Assembly (NCBI RefSeq): GCF_001194135.2
Contig: NC_068991.1
Span: 60,677,618 to 60,741,617, forward strand
Length of the DNA: 64,000 nucleotides
Reading direction: 5' to 3'
From: Octopus bimaculoides
Lineage: Eukaryota
Shown: in pieces, positions 25,254 to 38,000 of the stretch
Position numbering within the stretch: position 1 is the stretch's first letter
Layout of the letters: every line of letters begins with the position of its first letter
Notes under the pieces: model-generated
What the model saw: only the letters and a program-made list of their open reading frames with translations
Told to the model about the DNA's origin: nothing
Databases searched by the model: none
Made by a program: the position numbers and the translations under genes

Positions 25254-28200
25254 GTTTCTTCCAGTTTCTGTCTACCAAATCCACTCATAAGGCTTTGGTC
25301 AGCCTGATGCTATAGTAGAAGACGCTTGCCCAAAGTGCCACAATGGGACTGAACCCAGAACCATGTGGTTGGGAAAGCAAGCTTCTTACCGACTTTTGAA
25401 GTGTAAAATATAGTTGGGTTGGCTTCTTGAAATTGTAGTTTACAATATGTGGTTTATGTGTTCTCTTCTCTAGTAATTATCTGATCATTCTATCTCTTTT
25501 CATCTGTAGGTAATGATGAATTAGTTGAAGTCCATGATATAGAGAGGTAAGATTTTTGCATATATGATACTTCTCTTATTTATATTTAGTCATTTACAAG
25601 ATGTAGTATCAGAAATATTCTCTAATTCTTTCACCATTTAGGTAACCGTACAATATATTCCTTGTTTTTCAGTTTCAAGACCATATATATATTCAGAACT
25701 ACAAGCATTCTTTTGTCTCAGTTTCCATTTCAGAATGATCCTTTTCTCTTAGAGATCAAAACTAAAAATGCTTATTGTCTTAGATTCTAGACTAGGGCCA
25801 CCAGTCCCTACTGTCTTAACTAGCAGGTGCAGAAATCACTATTGTCTTGTATATTATAAGATTTTACTGGTGCAAGACAATTAATGAGTGTTATGTGACT
25901 ATTTACTCTGTAGATAATACTAATAACAAACAACTTACCTTTAAAACAATAAATGTTGCTCCACTTTCTCATCATCAGCCTTTAACTGGAAAGCATCCTG
26001 ATTTTAGCATTATTTGATAGTATTACTCTCTCCTCCACTCGTGCCAAATAGCATGATGATATCTGGGAATATTCAGAGGTTCTTAACTCCTTGTCTGTCC
26101 AAAGCTTTTTCATATCTTGTCCTAAACATTCATGCTTGTTTTCAGACTTTTAGTTAGCCCTGGTTTCATATATGCTGAGTAATATAAAGCTTTCCTTTCA
26201 TAAGTCCCATGTTACTGTGGTGGTTGGAAACATTTGGGAATGTGTATCATATGTTATGCATAGACACCAAGAAATATATTCTTTGTATCACATGTGATAT
26301 GCAGGACAGGCAAGGGGTTAAAATATACCTGTAATGAGTGGAACGTTAAAATGGTAGTGGTGATAATGACAACACTATAGTTTTGTACTCCTTCATTTTT
26401 GTATTTGGCTTGCAAGATTCTTGATGTGACCTTGTGTCTTCAAACAGATTTTGTTGTGTTTATGGTAGGTGTAATGACTCTTATGTGATTAGTTATTTAA
26501 CCATACAAGCAATTGATTCTGTAACTTAGTAGAATCCATTACTTCACTTATACGACTCAGTAAAAAGGTATGAACATTATTTATCATTTCAGTTATGTCA
26601 AAAGTGATTGTAATTGGGTGGGATTGAGAATTGTGGTACAGTGGTTATGAAATTAGGTTTTTGGATTAGGCTACTTATCACAAGTTATCAGTTGAAATGT
26701 TACTGTAGCTATTGTATTTGCGTCTCTGGGAAAGGTACCTCATTCTGCTTAGCTCAGTCTATCTGGCTGTAAATAGTTGTCTCCTTCCAGCTGCTGTATT
26801 GTTGGAATTAACCTGAAAATTACTCCTAGCAGTTTTGAATGTACAATTTTAGATAGAAAGGCCTGAGAGTGAAATCACTGTGGAAATGTCAAAACAGAAG
26901 AGGCAAGTACAAGTACATCTGATGGGTCTAGATCATTGGTTCTCAAACAGGGTCCATAAGACCATTGGGGATCCACATAAGATACCATCATCATCATCAT
27001 CGTTTAACGTCTGCTTTCCATGCTAGCATGGGTTGGATGATTTGACTGAGGACTGGTGAACCAGATGGCTACACAAGGCTCCAATCTGATTTGGTAGGGT
27101 TTCTACAGCTGGATGCCCTTCCTAACGCCAACCACTCAGAGAGTGTAGTGGGTGCTTTTACGTGTCACCCGCATGAAGGCCAGTCAGGCGGTACTGGCAG
27201 CAGCCACGCTCAAAATGGTGCATTTTATGTGCCACCCACACAAGAGCCAGTCCAGGGGCACTGGCAACGATCTCGCTCGAAAGTCCCACGAAGGCCAGCC
27301 AGGCGGCACTGGCAACGGTCACGCTCAAAATGGTGCATAAGATACCGTTGTTAAAATTTATGTGCAACAAATTGATTATAGTTTACAATACTCAAAATAT
27401 TTTAACAATTTTTTAAATACAATTTCTTATAATATTTAAAAATAAAATATAACAGGATTTTTCAACATTTTGTGTCTTGTGCCTAGAATAGAAAAGAATA
27501 TTGATTTTTTTTTTTTTTTAACAAGAAAGTGTTCTCAGAATTGTTAGTAGATCACACAAAATGCTTTGTAGTATTTCTTTGATCTCTCTATGTCCCAAGT
27601 TCAAATTCTGTTGAGGTCAGCTTTGCCTTTCATTCTTTTGGAGTTGATAAAGTTAGTACCAGTTGGATACCATGATTGATGTTATTGACTTTCTGACATT
27701 TTGTAAAATTACTGGCCTTGTCCCAAAATTTGAAGCCATTATTAATTTCTCCATTAATTTCTCCATTAATTTTCTTTGTTCAGTGGTGCAATGATTGATA
27801 TATTCCCACATAAAGATGCTGTGTACGGCCTTACAGTTGATCCAAATAATAATAATGTGTTTGCTAGTGCTTGTGATGATGGACGGATTCTTATTATCGA
27901 CATCAGGGAACAACCTGTTAGAGGTAAGCCATTGACTTAACATTGGAAACTTTTCTTTGTCAGGTTTTTCAAAGGCTCTAGATTAACTAGATAAGGCTAA
28001 TATATTTGTTAATGTTCTATTTGACTTGTAGAATAATTAGGAAAAACATGTAGAGTGGAACAATAATGGCAGAAAGCAAGGAGGATGCAGCAATTGCAAT
28101 GTGTCGGTTTTTATTTTTTAAGTAGTTAGGTATGATTTGAGGGAGATTTGGCTGTTGTTTTAACATGTTGAGCAACCACATAGAAGCTCCTTGTTGGCTC

Positions 28201-28723
28201 ATTATACTTATTTTTTTGTGCAGGAGCAAGGTAGGGGACTGTATTTGTGTCCAGTGAAAGGTTATAAAGCTTGAGAAGTTTTTGTCAATAGATATGTTTG
28301 TGAGATGTATATTTGTTGTAGTTAGACTATTTTCTGCATGCTACTGATACTATGTAATCCAGTACAACTTGTCTCATGGGCAGTTGGTTGGTTGATGTAC
28401 AACCAAAGTGGCCAGCCCAATTCAGTTTTTGTTAGCAGTGGAGGAGTGTGGAACTCAGTAGGATTAAAAATGAAACCTGTCAAAGAGTGTAATAGCTTCT
28501 TATAGAGAAGAAGCCAGTAGCCAACATTACCTGCAGAGGAAACAAGTAATACTAACAGGTTATGTCCCTGTTGAAGTACATGTTAACATAGCAAAATTAT
28601 GTTGTGTCTCTTGCTGTGTCTCAAAGATTTTTCCATTCTTCCCGAGCATCAAACTAATACACCTGCTTGTTGTTCCCTCACCTGTCTTAATCATTTGTTT
28701 TCTGTAAATTTGAACTATGTACA

Positions 28724-28759
<36 letters not shown>

Positions 28760-28813
28760 TATACAGTGCGTGTGTTTTTATTGGCTAAACTGGCAATATG
28801 ACCATCCCCAAGT

Positions 28814-28891
<78 letters not shown>

Positions 28892-31800
28892 AATCATATC
28901 AGGACAATTACCTGCCCTAGGACAATTACCCCTCCCTCCATAGGACAGTTCCCCCCCGATGACAACTACCCCCTAGGACAATTACCCCCTTAGTTAATTA
29001 CCCCCTCTCCAATATATTAAGAAGTTTTAAATCATCATCTGTTGTCCTCAGGGGTAAATGTCCTTAGAGTGGGGGTTATTGTCCATGGAGGGGTAAATGT
29101 CCTAGACTCATATATAATACATGTTTTTATATTTTTAGATGAGTTTTGTTTGGCTGAATACACCTCCTCAATGCATGCTGTGATGTACAATCCTATGGAA
29201 CCACGGCTTCTAGCTACAGCTAATGTCCGAGAAGGCCTTGGTCTCTGGGATATCCGTAAACCCCGCACGTAAGATGTTTTTTTTTTGTTTTTACCTGATG
29301 TTGAAAAGTAATTTTTTCTAAACCTGCATTGTGGTGTTGAAGATTGTATCTTTGGATAGATATACTGGAGCTAAATTCCTGGTAATATTTGTCTATTCCT
29401 GGTAATATATATATATATATATCCCTTGCAGCCTTCATTTAGAGGCATTTCCTTACTCTGTAATAGGGGTTCTCAACCATTTTTTATCTATGGATCCCTT
29501 TGATTACTCTTTTATTCTGGTGGACTGCCAAAGCTATTTGATGTTTAAAAACTAGTTTTATGGAAACATCTCTCAAAATTCCTATTTTGTTTTCCACACA
29601 TTAACTTGTGTAGGTTGAATTGTGTAAAATGTTAGAGATAGAAGTGTAGCTGTTTCTTCCAGTACATTCCAATACATATGTCTAAAAGAAATAAAATACT
29701 ATTGTGGGTCCCCAATTTTCTATTTTGATACATTGACCCCCACAAGAATTTTATATGGACCCTCAAGGGCCATATAGACCCCAGTTAAGAACCACTGATC
29801 TATAAGGTGAATAAAGAGAAAGAAAAATTCTTTCTCATTTGGAATATGAAGAGATCATTGCAAAAAGGATGCATCAACCAGTCATCTTTAACTACAAGAA
29901 TTATTTTTGTGTATTTATTACCAAAGCTCACAATCTGTCACATTCCCAAGCTTGTTTATATGTAGCTAACAATTTGGTATAGCTGGACATTGAACTGTTT
30001 TGGCAACAGTACATTTTGGCACTGAAGACAACCCCCATCTTACTCCATGCATGCATACAAAAATATACACATACATAGAGTTATGACTGGCACCCGTGCC
30101 AGTGGAGTGCTAACAGCACCATCCGAGCGGGATCACTGCCAGAGCAGTGGTCTCGCTCCCGTGCCGGTGGCACGTAAAAGGCACCATTTGAGCGCGATCA
30201 CTTCCAGCTTTGTCTTACTGGCACTTGTGCCGGTGGCATGTGAACAAAACATTGGACTGACTCCTGTGTAGGTGGCACGTAAAAAACACCATTTGAGCGT
30301 GGCTGTGGCACGTAAAAAGCACCCACTACACTCTTGGAGTGGTTGGTGTTAGGAAGGGCATCCAGCTGTAGAAACTCTGTCAGATCAGATTGGAGTCTGG
30401 TGTAGCTAACTGATTCGCCAGTCCTCAGTCAAATCGTCCAACCCATACTAGCATGGAAAGCGGACGTTAAATGATGATGATAATGATGATAGAGGAAGGG
30501 AATGAGGGACACAACATATGCATACAAATATAACTCGATGCTCACACATATACAGAAAGAGAAAGAGAGAGAGATGGAGAGAACAAGAGAAACACTAAAA
30601 TGTCTGATGCCAAATCAGTAAGTGTTGAGTCAATGATGCCAAATTGGCAGCACCAAAACAGCTGTGCCAAAACGTCTCAGAACCTGTCACAAAAGGGGTT
30701 AATCGTTTATTTTTAGCCAGATGGGTTGAACGAGTTTGTAGTATCTTTCCACTTGTATTTCTTATGTTTAAGTTATTATGTTTCATATTTTTGTAGCTCT
30801 GTGTTACGTTACGAAGGCACCGGTCACCATGTACAGCAAAGTTGTATGAGTGTCCGTATTAATTCTCTGGGAGATAAAATTATTGCTCTCCGTCGTCGAT
30901 TACCACCGGTCCTTTATAACTTCAATAGTCCGACCCCTATCTGTGAATTTGACCAACCTGGCTACTATAATTCATGTACAATGAAAAGTTGCTGTTTTGC
31001 TGGGGACCAGGATCAGGTATCAGTTATTTCTTTTCATTACATTATGTAAATATTTTGTGCTCTTGTAATTTTCTCATTAACTTCTTTGTATCTTACAGTT
31101 CTATATTTAAGAGATGAGGAATTATGTACATTATTTACATTTGACAGATATTTGTCCTCATCTTGTTTGTTGTTAAGGCTGATGAAGGCTAGAGGATATA
31201 TCAGCCGAAACGTTGTGTTAACAACAAACAAGATGAGGACAAATATCCGTCAAATGTAAATAATGTAAATAATGTTCTTTGTATCTGTTTTACATAATTA
31301 CTTAAGGTGGCAGAGTTGTTAGTATGCCTGACAAAATCTTTACACTTTGTGCTCAAATTCTGTCTAAGTTGATTTTTGCCTTTCACCCTTTCAGGGTTGA
31401 TAAGTATCAGTTGAGGACTAGGGTCGATGGAAATGACTTGCCCCTTCCCCAGAAAAATTTCAGGTTTTGTGTCTCTAATGGAAAGAATTTTAAATGATTA
31501 CTTAATTTACTAGAAACAACAGTCAAACCTCCTTGAAATCAGACATATTTATTATAAAATGAAGGGTTCATTCAATAATGTAGTCTTATACAATATACTT
31601 GCAAAAAATAAGAAAAAAAAAAAAAGAATGTAATGGTCATGGTTGGGGTGTCTTTGCACATAGACCTACTGGACTGGGACTGACCTGGGGCTGAATAAAA
31701 ACAATGTCTGCTTATCTCAAGGTTTCCCCCTCTGGGATGGCAGGAATATTTACTAAATATGGATATTGTGTAGTAATCAATTTTTTTTCTCTTATACTTA

Positions 31801-34800
31801 TTTCAACCATATTGTGGCACCACCGTCAAAGGTTTAGTCGAACAAATTAATCCTTGTATGGTCTTTTGGTAAAGCCTGGCACTTATTCTATCAGTCTCTT
31901 TTGCAGACAAATATGACACAAATGCAAAGACATACATACATACATATATTTGTGTATGTAGTTTAAATTTACAGAAAAACAAAAGACAAAGACAGGTGTA
32001 GGAACAACAAGCAGGTGTATTAGTTTAATGCTTGGTGAAAATTGAAAGGTCTTTTACATTTCGAGTCTATGCTCTTCAACAGAATGGAATTAGAGGGAAA
32101 AAATGGAGAGAGAAAAACTGTGTAGAGTTCAGCAGAGCATGGTTTAATGGTTAGGGTGTTGCATGAAAGAAATTGCTTTTCCAAGTTCAAGAATTAATTT
32201 AGTCCTATATATTGATGTTTGCCAATATCTTGGAACATTCCATGATGCTGTATTGCTTTACTCTCTATATTCTGTCTCTAATTTTTCACCTCTTGTAAGT
32301 TTCCTTCTCCTTAGTGTTTCTCTTTTTCAATATAATATGCAGTCCTTAATTTTGGGAACTTCATTACTACGTAAAATTTCGTTTGTGTCCATGTACCTCT
32401 GCTAAATATTGACTTCAAGTGTCTAATTATATATTTATAGTCTTAAATTGCCCATTCTCTAGACAATATTATTTTAGTAACACTTAAAATGTTTATTCTG
32501 TGGACATGTAATATCATAACTCATATTATCTGTCCTCTGTAAAGTAAACCTTTTGTTGTAAATATACATGTTTAGAAGTTTTCAATTTATTTCCATTTTT
32601 AGTACATTCTGTCTGGCTCTGATGATTTTAATTTGTATATGTGGAAGATTCCTGAAGACTTATCGAAAAGTAAGTGTTTTCTATTCAATTTTAATACTTT
32701 GAATTCTTGAGTATCCCTGTCTTGCATTACTTTTCATCATAACTGTTACACTGGTTGAAATTAATTAATTAATTCATTCATTCATTCTTTTTTTCTTTCT
32801 CCCCACTATTCTTGGGAAAGTCATGGGATTTGGGACCTCAGGTACCTTCTCCAAAGCGTGCTATCAGAAGCAACTATCATTACACTTTGCAGCTAGATTC
32901 CCAAGCATTGACCGAGACTAGATATTATCCAACTATTTCATTCTTAGTCCATCCCTATGTCTTCTGGCAGTTGGCTTGGCTTGGTTTTAAAAATCCATCT
33001 TGTGATTCTTGCCTGTAATTCAGTTTCTAAAGATGTAACCTGGTTTGCTGAGCTGGATCTAGCTTCAAATCTCACTGTATTTTGTGAGAGGAAACATCTC
33101 TTCCTGATAAGCTACATTTATTATTCATAAATTCAAAGCCATTTTAGAGTTAAAATTCGTCGGTTTAGTACTTAACAGAGTTATTCCACTTTGTTATAGT
33201 TAATTATGATTATCATCTTCTAAATGCTACAATTGATATGATTTTTGTTTTGCTATTCTCATTATCAGGGACCTATGTAAACAGAGCTCACATGGTCCTT
33301 AGGGATCACCGATCTATTGTAAACCAAGTGCGATTTAATCCATGCAACCATCTGATAGTATCATCTGGTGTGGAGAAAGTAGTCAAGGTTTGTAAATTTA
33401 TAAAAGATTGTTTTGAAAACTGTAGTTATTTACAAATTGACACTTAGGGAGAAATTTGTTCTCTTTAGTAAAAAATAATTCAAATGTATCTGTTATATTC
33501 AAAACATATTTTTAAAGATACATCATTACTTTTTTACTGTATTTTTCTGTCTTTGGTGGCTCTATAAATTAAGACACTTTTGTGTGTGTGTGTGTGTGTG
33601 TGTATGCACGCATGTGTGTGAACCCTTGACTAAACATCACATGAGGGTTACATATAAGCATCATCATGCAAGCAAAGTTGTTCATGAAGAACATGTCTAG
33701 CTTTGAGAAAATATTACCATGCTTTGTAACAGATGAAGGTTGGTGATAGAAAGGGCATCCAGCTGCAGAAATTCTGTCTGAACAAATTCTGTCTGATCCA
33801 GTCAAGCATGGAAATGTGGATTTTAAATCTCGTTGCATCTCATCTTCATTGCCTTCTTAATCCTTGGAGGGTCATGGGAGCAAAGTCCTCAAATATGCCT
33901 TCCTGTCAGAAGCACGCATCTCTAATTGACTTGGATGGATCCCTAAGTGAAACCAACTGAATGCAAGGATATTATCCAACCATCTTGCTCATGGTCTACC
34001 CTTGAGTCTCCTGCCAGTTGATTTTGCCTGTAAAACCTGTTCAGCGATTCTTTCCCCAGACATTCTTATCATGTGTGTAGTACTAGAGCTGTGATCGTTC
34101 AAATGACCTACAAGATAAAGTGGTGGGAAGCACTGGCTGATAAGGCTGTCAGAACCAAGTTTGCAGAAACTGTTGTATCCAAATTCAGAGAAACCTCCGT
34201 ATTTAAAATGATGATAACTTCCATCTACCAAATTTCTCTCACAAAGCATTGGTCGTCATAAGGCTGTGATAAAAGACACTTGCTCAAGATGTTGCACAGT
34301 GAAATTGAACCTGAGACTACTTAGTTACAAAGTGAACTTCTTAACCACCAGCAATACCTGCACTCATTTGATTTACTGTCCTGCTTGAAGTGAGGTTGGT
34401 AAAGTGTATTCACTTGGTTTGGTTTTTTGGACTTTGGTCTTTGCAAAGGTAATTTAAGAAGGAGCTAATTGGGTGTTTTATGTATGTTCTGCAACTAGCT
34501 TGGAATAAGATAAGAAGTATTTTTAGGAACGTGTTGCAGTAGTGTCCAGCTATGTTGTTAGTAAAGTAAAGAGACAAAAAACATCTTCAATGAAGAACAC
34601 TGTATGGAATGTTAGATATATCTTCTGTGTATGGCAGTCATGTAACCTCATCTTTCACCCCTTACTCACAGCAGACACTGTTAATTAACACAAATTCTCA
34701 TAATCACATAATGTAATTATGAATAGATGTTTTGGGATTGATGTGTTTCTTGCTTAGTAAGTTTTAACGTTCTGATAGGTGCTGGTGTGGCTGTGTGGTT

Positions 34801-34941
34801 AAGAAGTTTGCTTCCCAACCACTTAGTTTCAGGTTCAGTCCCACTGTGTGGCACTTTCAGCAGGTGTTTTCTACCAAACCCTGAGTTGACCAAAGACTTG
34901 TAAGTAGATTTGCTAGGCAAAAACTGAAAGAAGACTACCAT

Positions 34942-35005
<64 letters not shown>

Positions 35006-38000
35006 ACTTGTGCATGCATACCCATACAGGGTGTTTGGGCTAAGTTTGACATAAAAATAACCCACCCTGTACATCCTATTTAGTGGTTGGCATTAGGAAA
35101 ACATGTCAAGACAGACATTGAATCTGGCGGAGCCTCTGGCTCATCTGTCCTTGTCAAACCGTCCAACCCATGCAAGCATGAAAAAGGGACGTTAAATGAT
35201 GATGATGAGGCTAAATTTGACAGTTTGCATAAAAAGTAAAGAAAACAATATCCAGTCCAAAACTAAAATTATTTTAAAAAATCCAATAATATCAACTAGA
35301 TTATGACTGCAAGATAACAGTTTACTCAAAGAAGCTGCCCCTCAGCTTCCACTATGGCCACAAGACAGCTTTGGAATCTGGTGCATGTGTTATCACTGTG
35401 TCTTTGGGAAAATCTTTGAAGATCTCCTTCATCTTGGCCACCAGCTCGACCTTGGTGTTGCAAGCAGAGCAATTGGTGTCTTTCTCAACCACACTCTACA
35501 CATAGTTATATATGGGATTACAATTGGGGGAATTATATATATGTACGTATATGTGTATATTTATGTGTGTGGGTGTGAGTGTGTTTGCGTTCGTGTCTCC
35601 TTGTCTTGATTTGGATTATTGTAAATGGATGTCATTCGTTTCCAATATTCTGCAAAAACATGTCTTGGCCTGGGAAAATATTACCTTCCTTAGGCACAGG
35701 AAGGGCATCTGACTGTAGGAAATTCTGCTCAATAAACTCCGTCTGACTCATTCAAACATGGAAAACTGGACGTTAAAATAATGACCATGATGATATACTG
35801 TTCGTGGTATCATACTTTCTTTAATCGGGTTCATCATAAAACATTCCAGAGTTATTCCCCCTCGTCTTCAAACATGACCAAGCGTTAGCCTTTTGGTGTT
35901 GTTTAAAATAGTAGCAACTAGTTGTCTCCCCTTTCGATACCACCCGCATGTGTCTGCCATCGTTCTTTTATACAACTTCCTGTTTTAAAGTGATCTGAAT
36001 TAAAACTTTCCATCAAAATATTAATGTTAATTTATGTCTGAAGCAAGCAGCTTAATAATAACAGTTATTTTACTAAATTCATTGTTATTTTGGAAATTAA
36101 ATGAAACAAAAGCAGCGTATTTTATTACAAAGGAGTTAGTAAAATTTAATAAAATAACTTTGATATTATTAAACTGATGGTATTTTTCATCTTTTGCCTT
36201 CTTTTCCATTGGTGGGCTTCCACACAGTTTCCATCGACTAAATTCACTCACAAGCTTTGATTGGCATGGGTCTATTGTGGAAAACACTTGTTCAAGGTGT
36301 CATGCTGAGGGACTGAACCTGGAACCATGTGGCTGCAATGCGAGCTTCTTAACCACATACCCACGCCTGCACTTATGTTGCATTCATGATTTTTGTGGAA
36401 ACTGAATCTGCAAGACAATTTTTATTTTCAATTAGTTGCATTTCTAAAACATTTTGGATAACTCTCGACATCAGATCATCATCGTCATCATCATCATTTA
36501 CTGTCCGTTGTCCATGCTGGCATGGGTTGGACGGTTTGACTGGGCTGGCACTCTGGAAAGCTGCACCAGGATCCAGTCTGATTTGGCATAGTTTTCTACG
36601 GCTGGATGCCCTTCCTAACGCCAACCAATCTGAGAGTGTAATGGGTGCTATTACATACCACTGGCACGGGTGCCATTTGCGTGACACCAGTATCTGCCAT
36701 GACTGATTTTGCTTGGCTTGATGAGTCTTCTCAAGCACAACATAATGCTAAAGGTCTTGGTCATTGCCTCCGTGAGGCCCAAAACTCGAAAGGAGCTCAG
36801 CCACTTTGCCTCCATGAGGCCCAACGCTCTACCTAAGAATGTTATTTTTTAATATTTAACCTATAGAAAAGTAGCATTGTCCATAACATATTCTCTACTC
36901 TTGTGAATGAAGGGATAGGGAAAACTGGAGAAGATTGATATAGTTATATGTTCAGTATATATTACTGTGGACTGAAGAAATTTGAAATGAAGTGTTTTGT
37001 TCAAGAACACAACATGCAGCTGGGCTGGGAATTGAAACCTCAATCTCACAATTGTTAGTGCAATACAACTCACCACTAGACCACATGCCTTCACTCATTC
37101 CACTCAGCTGTGAATGGGTAACCCTGTGATGGACTAGCCTTCTGACCAGGGGGAAATGTTGGCCTGCTTGCCTAGCTTGTGGGGTGTGGTATCATTCAAA
37201 GATTAAAACGATGCAAAGTGCATTGTGACCAGCGATGTATAACAACATCTGATAGTCTGTTCAGTTATGTGATATATTAATGTAGGTTACTGATTGCTAA
37301 AGGTAAGGAATAATGTGTAAAATATGATTGTCATGCTTTTAATAAATTGCTTTCTTTTTTATAATTTTCTACTTTGTTTTTGTTTGTTTTAAACAGATAT
37401 GGAGCCCGTTTTTAATTCCAAGTTCAAATGGCAGTTTAAAAAAAACTTCGAAAATTTCTCAGCCTGAGCGTCCTGTCTACACGCACGAGGAATATATTAA
37501 CCTAGTCCTGCGCAGTGGTCATGTGATGTCACATGACTATACACATCAATCAATGGAAGAAGACCCTCGTATGATGGCTTTTTTTGACTCTTTGGTACAA
37601 CGCGAATTAGAAGGCTGGAGTTCCGAGGATGACTATTCCAATTTTTCTACAAATGACGAGGATGAATTTTATGAACGAATGATTCAGGCTCGTGCTGAGC
37701 TTGTTGAAATGTCACCTCATCCCAGTTCGGATGAAGAAGAAGGGGGTTACAGTCCTTTCACTATTGCATTTGCTAGTGTGATGAGCACAAGAGATGCTGA
37801 CAATTCACAGCATCGGAGCAGACCATTGCGATCATCTCAGTCTCAGAACAACAACAACAACAACAGTAACAGCAACAACAACAACAACAACAGCAGCAGC
37901 AGTAATAAAACTAACTGTAATGATGATAATAGTAGTAACAAGACTGCTAGTAGTAGTAGCAACAGTACTACTACAACCACAAATATTAACACCACCAGTA

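Noticed and set aside
31017-31025. Intron 6 donor GTATCAGTT as a possible U12-type site
   Set aside because: It departs from the GTATCCTT consensus at +6/+7, and I saw no clear U12 branch point; treated as U2.
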